The notes under the pieces: model-generated
Databases searched by the model: none
The model's input: only the letters and a program-made list of their open reading frames with translations
Told to the model about the DNA's origin: nothing
In this document: piece by piece, positions 47,878 to 64,000 of the stretch
Layout of the letters: every line of letters begins with the position of its first letter
Numbering within the stretch: position 1 is the first letter of the stretch
Program-made: the position numbers and the translations under genes
NCBI RefSeq assembly: GCF_009914755.1
Contig: NC_060925.1
Origin: the human T2T-CHM13v2.0 reference genome, Homo sapiens
Reading direction: 5' to 3' (one strand)
DNA: 64,000 bases

Positions 47878-49132
47878 CATTTACTAACTTTATGTGTTAC
47901 CAATTAATTTTGTTTACCCATTCCTTTATCCATCCCTCCCCTCCTTTTCAGGTAAGGAGACAGGAGGAGTAGGAGGAGGCAGGGCCTCTCCATGCCAGCC
48001 TCTGTGGTCCTTGCCCAAACCCATCAGCGCAATACTTGAACCTTCTCCCAGGTAGGGGCAGGAGGAGCCACATGAGAGAGGGAGAAGGACCGCGTTTACC
48101 TTTAGAGTTTTGTTTTGTTTTTTCCTTCTGAGTTTGCTGTTGGTGCAGGAATAAGGGAAAGGCCCAAGGTATCCAAGCCTGGGGAAGGGCAGGCCAGCCA
48201 GCACCTCTGCCTTCTCAGGGACAAGAGTAGTCCTTTACCACCCTCACTCTGCCTGTCCCCTCTCCTACTCTACAGCATTAAAGACTGTGGGACCAGGACC
48301 CTAAGTCTCCTTTCCTTCTGGGTGGGGAGTTCTGGGGTTCTTGGTGTGTGGGAGAAGTTTTATAATTGCTTCCAAACAGCTGGGTTTAAATATAAAATAG
48401 ACACACTCATTTTTGGCTCTTGGTTTGTGTGTGGGAACAACATGAGTGGGAAGGAATTTCTGGGTGCAGAAGGAAGCAGCCGGGGATTTGACCAAGCAGG
48501 GTATCAGGCAGGCATGAGAGCAGCCAGGACAGTGGTCTACAAGCCCAGCACGGAGGTTGTGAAGACAGTGACAAAATCAGCTGCCCAGCCCTCACTTCTC
48601 CCCAGCATCCATCCCACCCAGTTTTCCCAAAAGCGTGGACTTTCATGTAACTGTTAGTCACCATGAAGGGGTAGCCTGCCCTGGCACGAGATGCCCAGAT
48701 TATCATGAGGGCTACATATGAGAATGGGAGACTGTGGACAAGATTGCCCTGTCTCCCCTCTCCCCCACCCCAAGGGATGGGATGCCTGGGGTTATGGAAT
48801 TAACCAGCCAAACTGGGATTAAAGACTCAAGGCATCTTAGGGCCTGCTGAGCAGATTGGATGCAGGGAATGTACAATTGGTGCTGTTGGGTGGCCAGTGC
48901 ATAATTGGACACAGACTTTCAGGACCTGTGTGAAATGGAGATGGGGAAGGGGCAACCTCGAAGGGGCTAGATGACAGTTATAGTCTCAGATAGGCCTCAG
49001 GTAGGGAGGGTCAGGAATAGAGAAGAGAGGACTTAAAGGTGGGGCTTTGGAGGGGTGTGGGCTGGAGAACGTAGACTGGGGAGGAAGGGATGGGGTACAA
49101 GGGTAGGCTGGGCCAGAGGAGGGAGGGGCGTC

Positions 49133-59936
<10,804 letters not shown>

Positions 59937-60002
59937 GCTTTCAGTGTGGGCCTGGGGCTGCGGGACCATGGAATGAGAGGGAGAGGATGACAAAACTGCT
60001 GG

Positions 60003-60140
60003 TCTTATCTAAGGGAGACAGAGAAGAGAAAAGGGGCACACCCAGTAGGCCACCCTGTCCCCACAGAATCCCTCCCCCAGAACGGCCTGCTCTCTGCCCT
60101 CATCTCCTGGCATTTCCTCTCATCCTTTTTTCCTGATAAA
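60003..60140 (-). promoter_or_regulatory. Erythroid R-PK promoter: GATA sites, PKR-RE1 and CACCC boxes
   Basis: AGATAAG at 60010-60004 (includes the -72 A), CTCTG at -87..-83 (60023-60019), CACCC near 60039 and 60051, TGATAA at 60134-60139. Confidence 0.85.
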
Positions 60141-60397
60141 TTTTCAATCCATTCATACTATCTGGTCATCCACGTGAATAGATATTTTTTTTTTGGCCAG
60201 TCATATGGCCCCATTTTCTTTGTACTTTACTGAAGTTAGCTCTAGTGAATCCAGGGAGCAGGGGCTGTAGGGTGGGGCTGGAGCCTGAAGAAAGACAAAA
60301 GGGATCACTGTGATAATATGGTGGGGGGAGGGTTACCCAGTTCTGACCACTTTTTTTCTCTGTCTCAACCAAGAAATGCAGAGTGCCTTCACCACTC

Positions 60398-61852
<1,455 letters not shown>

Positions 61853-61924
61853 TGGTGGGATTCTCTGGAAGGGCTTTGATAGCATCATCATCATCATAGC
61901 ATTCATTAGTTACCATTTGCCCAT

Positions 61925-63340
<1,416 letters not shown>

Positions 63341-63589
63341 TTCATCGAGCACACTTCCTGTGTGCTGGAACAGCATTCATGCCTCATGGACACCATCTCC
63401 TTTTATCATTGTGACAACCTAGAAAGAAGGTAGGATCAACAGGCTGTTTTACAGATGAGGGAACTGGGCCGTAGCAAGGTGTGTTCCTTTTCCACTCTGC
63501 TGTGGGGCCAGGAGGCTGACGGCTTTGCACAGTGGCGTCTGTAGGGTTTGGAGAGTGGCACCCATAGGAGATGAGATGGAGAGGGTGAG

Positions 63590-63816
63590 GTTGAGCATTT
63601 ACCTCCCCAGTTGCCATTCTAGGGACCATTCTCTCCCTATCCCTTGGACCTTACAGGGGTAACAAAGCCCACTGTTATTAGATCTGGGGTAATGCACTAT
63701 CCGTTGTGGTTTACCAACACCCTGCCCATTCCTTTGTATAATCCTGTTATGAAACACCTTCAAATTATCCCATTTAAGAGAATTCTTTATTTCCTGAAGA
63801 AACCCTACCGAATACA
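63590..63816 (+). mobile_element. Possible old LTR 3' fragment inside a MIR
   Basis: acaccctgccc..ctttgtat...caaattatccc...ttcctg...accctaccgaataCA resembles ERVL LTR ends. Confidence 0.3.
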
Positions 63817-64000
63817 CTTGTCTGATGCAAAAAGTCTTGTCAGGAGTGGAGCTGGGATTCAGGCCCAGATAGTGGAGCTCCAGAGCCCGAGCTGTAACCA
63901 CTAAGCTCCATGCCTGCCCCTTGGGACTGTTTCAGTGGGTGGGAAAGGGAGAAGTCTCTGACTCTGGAGTTGGAAAAGAAAGAGAGAGATAGTAGAGAGG

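Overview
Human (hominid) genomic DNA from the GBA1-PKLR gene cluster on chromosome 1q22, recognised from the encoded proteins. Left to right it holds the upstream non-coding exon(s) and distal promoter of GBA1 (-; its coding exons lie left of the window), then five complete genes: ENTREP3/FAM189B (-, 12 exons, 668 aa), SCAMP3 (-, 9 exons, 347 aa), CLK2 (-, 12 coding exons plus one non-coding, 499 aa), HCN3 (+, 8 exons, 774 aa) and PKLR (-, R-type 574 aa and L-type 543 aa from two promoters). I walked every coding exon by hand: all junctions are GT-AG and the exon lengths sum to intact reading frames. The rest is Alu-dense, with L2, MIR, L1 and LTR relics and several tandem repeats. I found no foreign insertion and no new protein-coding system; most short ORFs in the track are Alu translations or GC-rich shadow frames. 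The most interesting signals are regulatory: in-frame read-through junctions along the tightly packed CLK2>SCAMP3>ENTREP3 array, a poison 5' splice site beside the autoregulated CLK2 exon 4, an exonisable antisense Alu in the GBA1 leader, an RE1 silencer in HCN3 intron 1, and a 40-bp AT-rich element that reads as poly(A) signals for PKLR on one strand and as an ARE for HCN3 on the other. Repeat boundaries are approximate.
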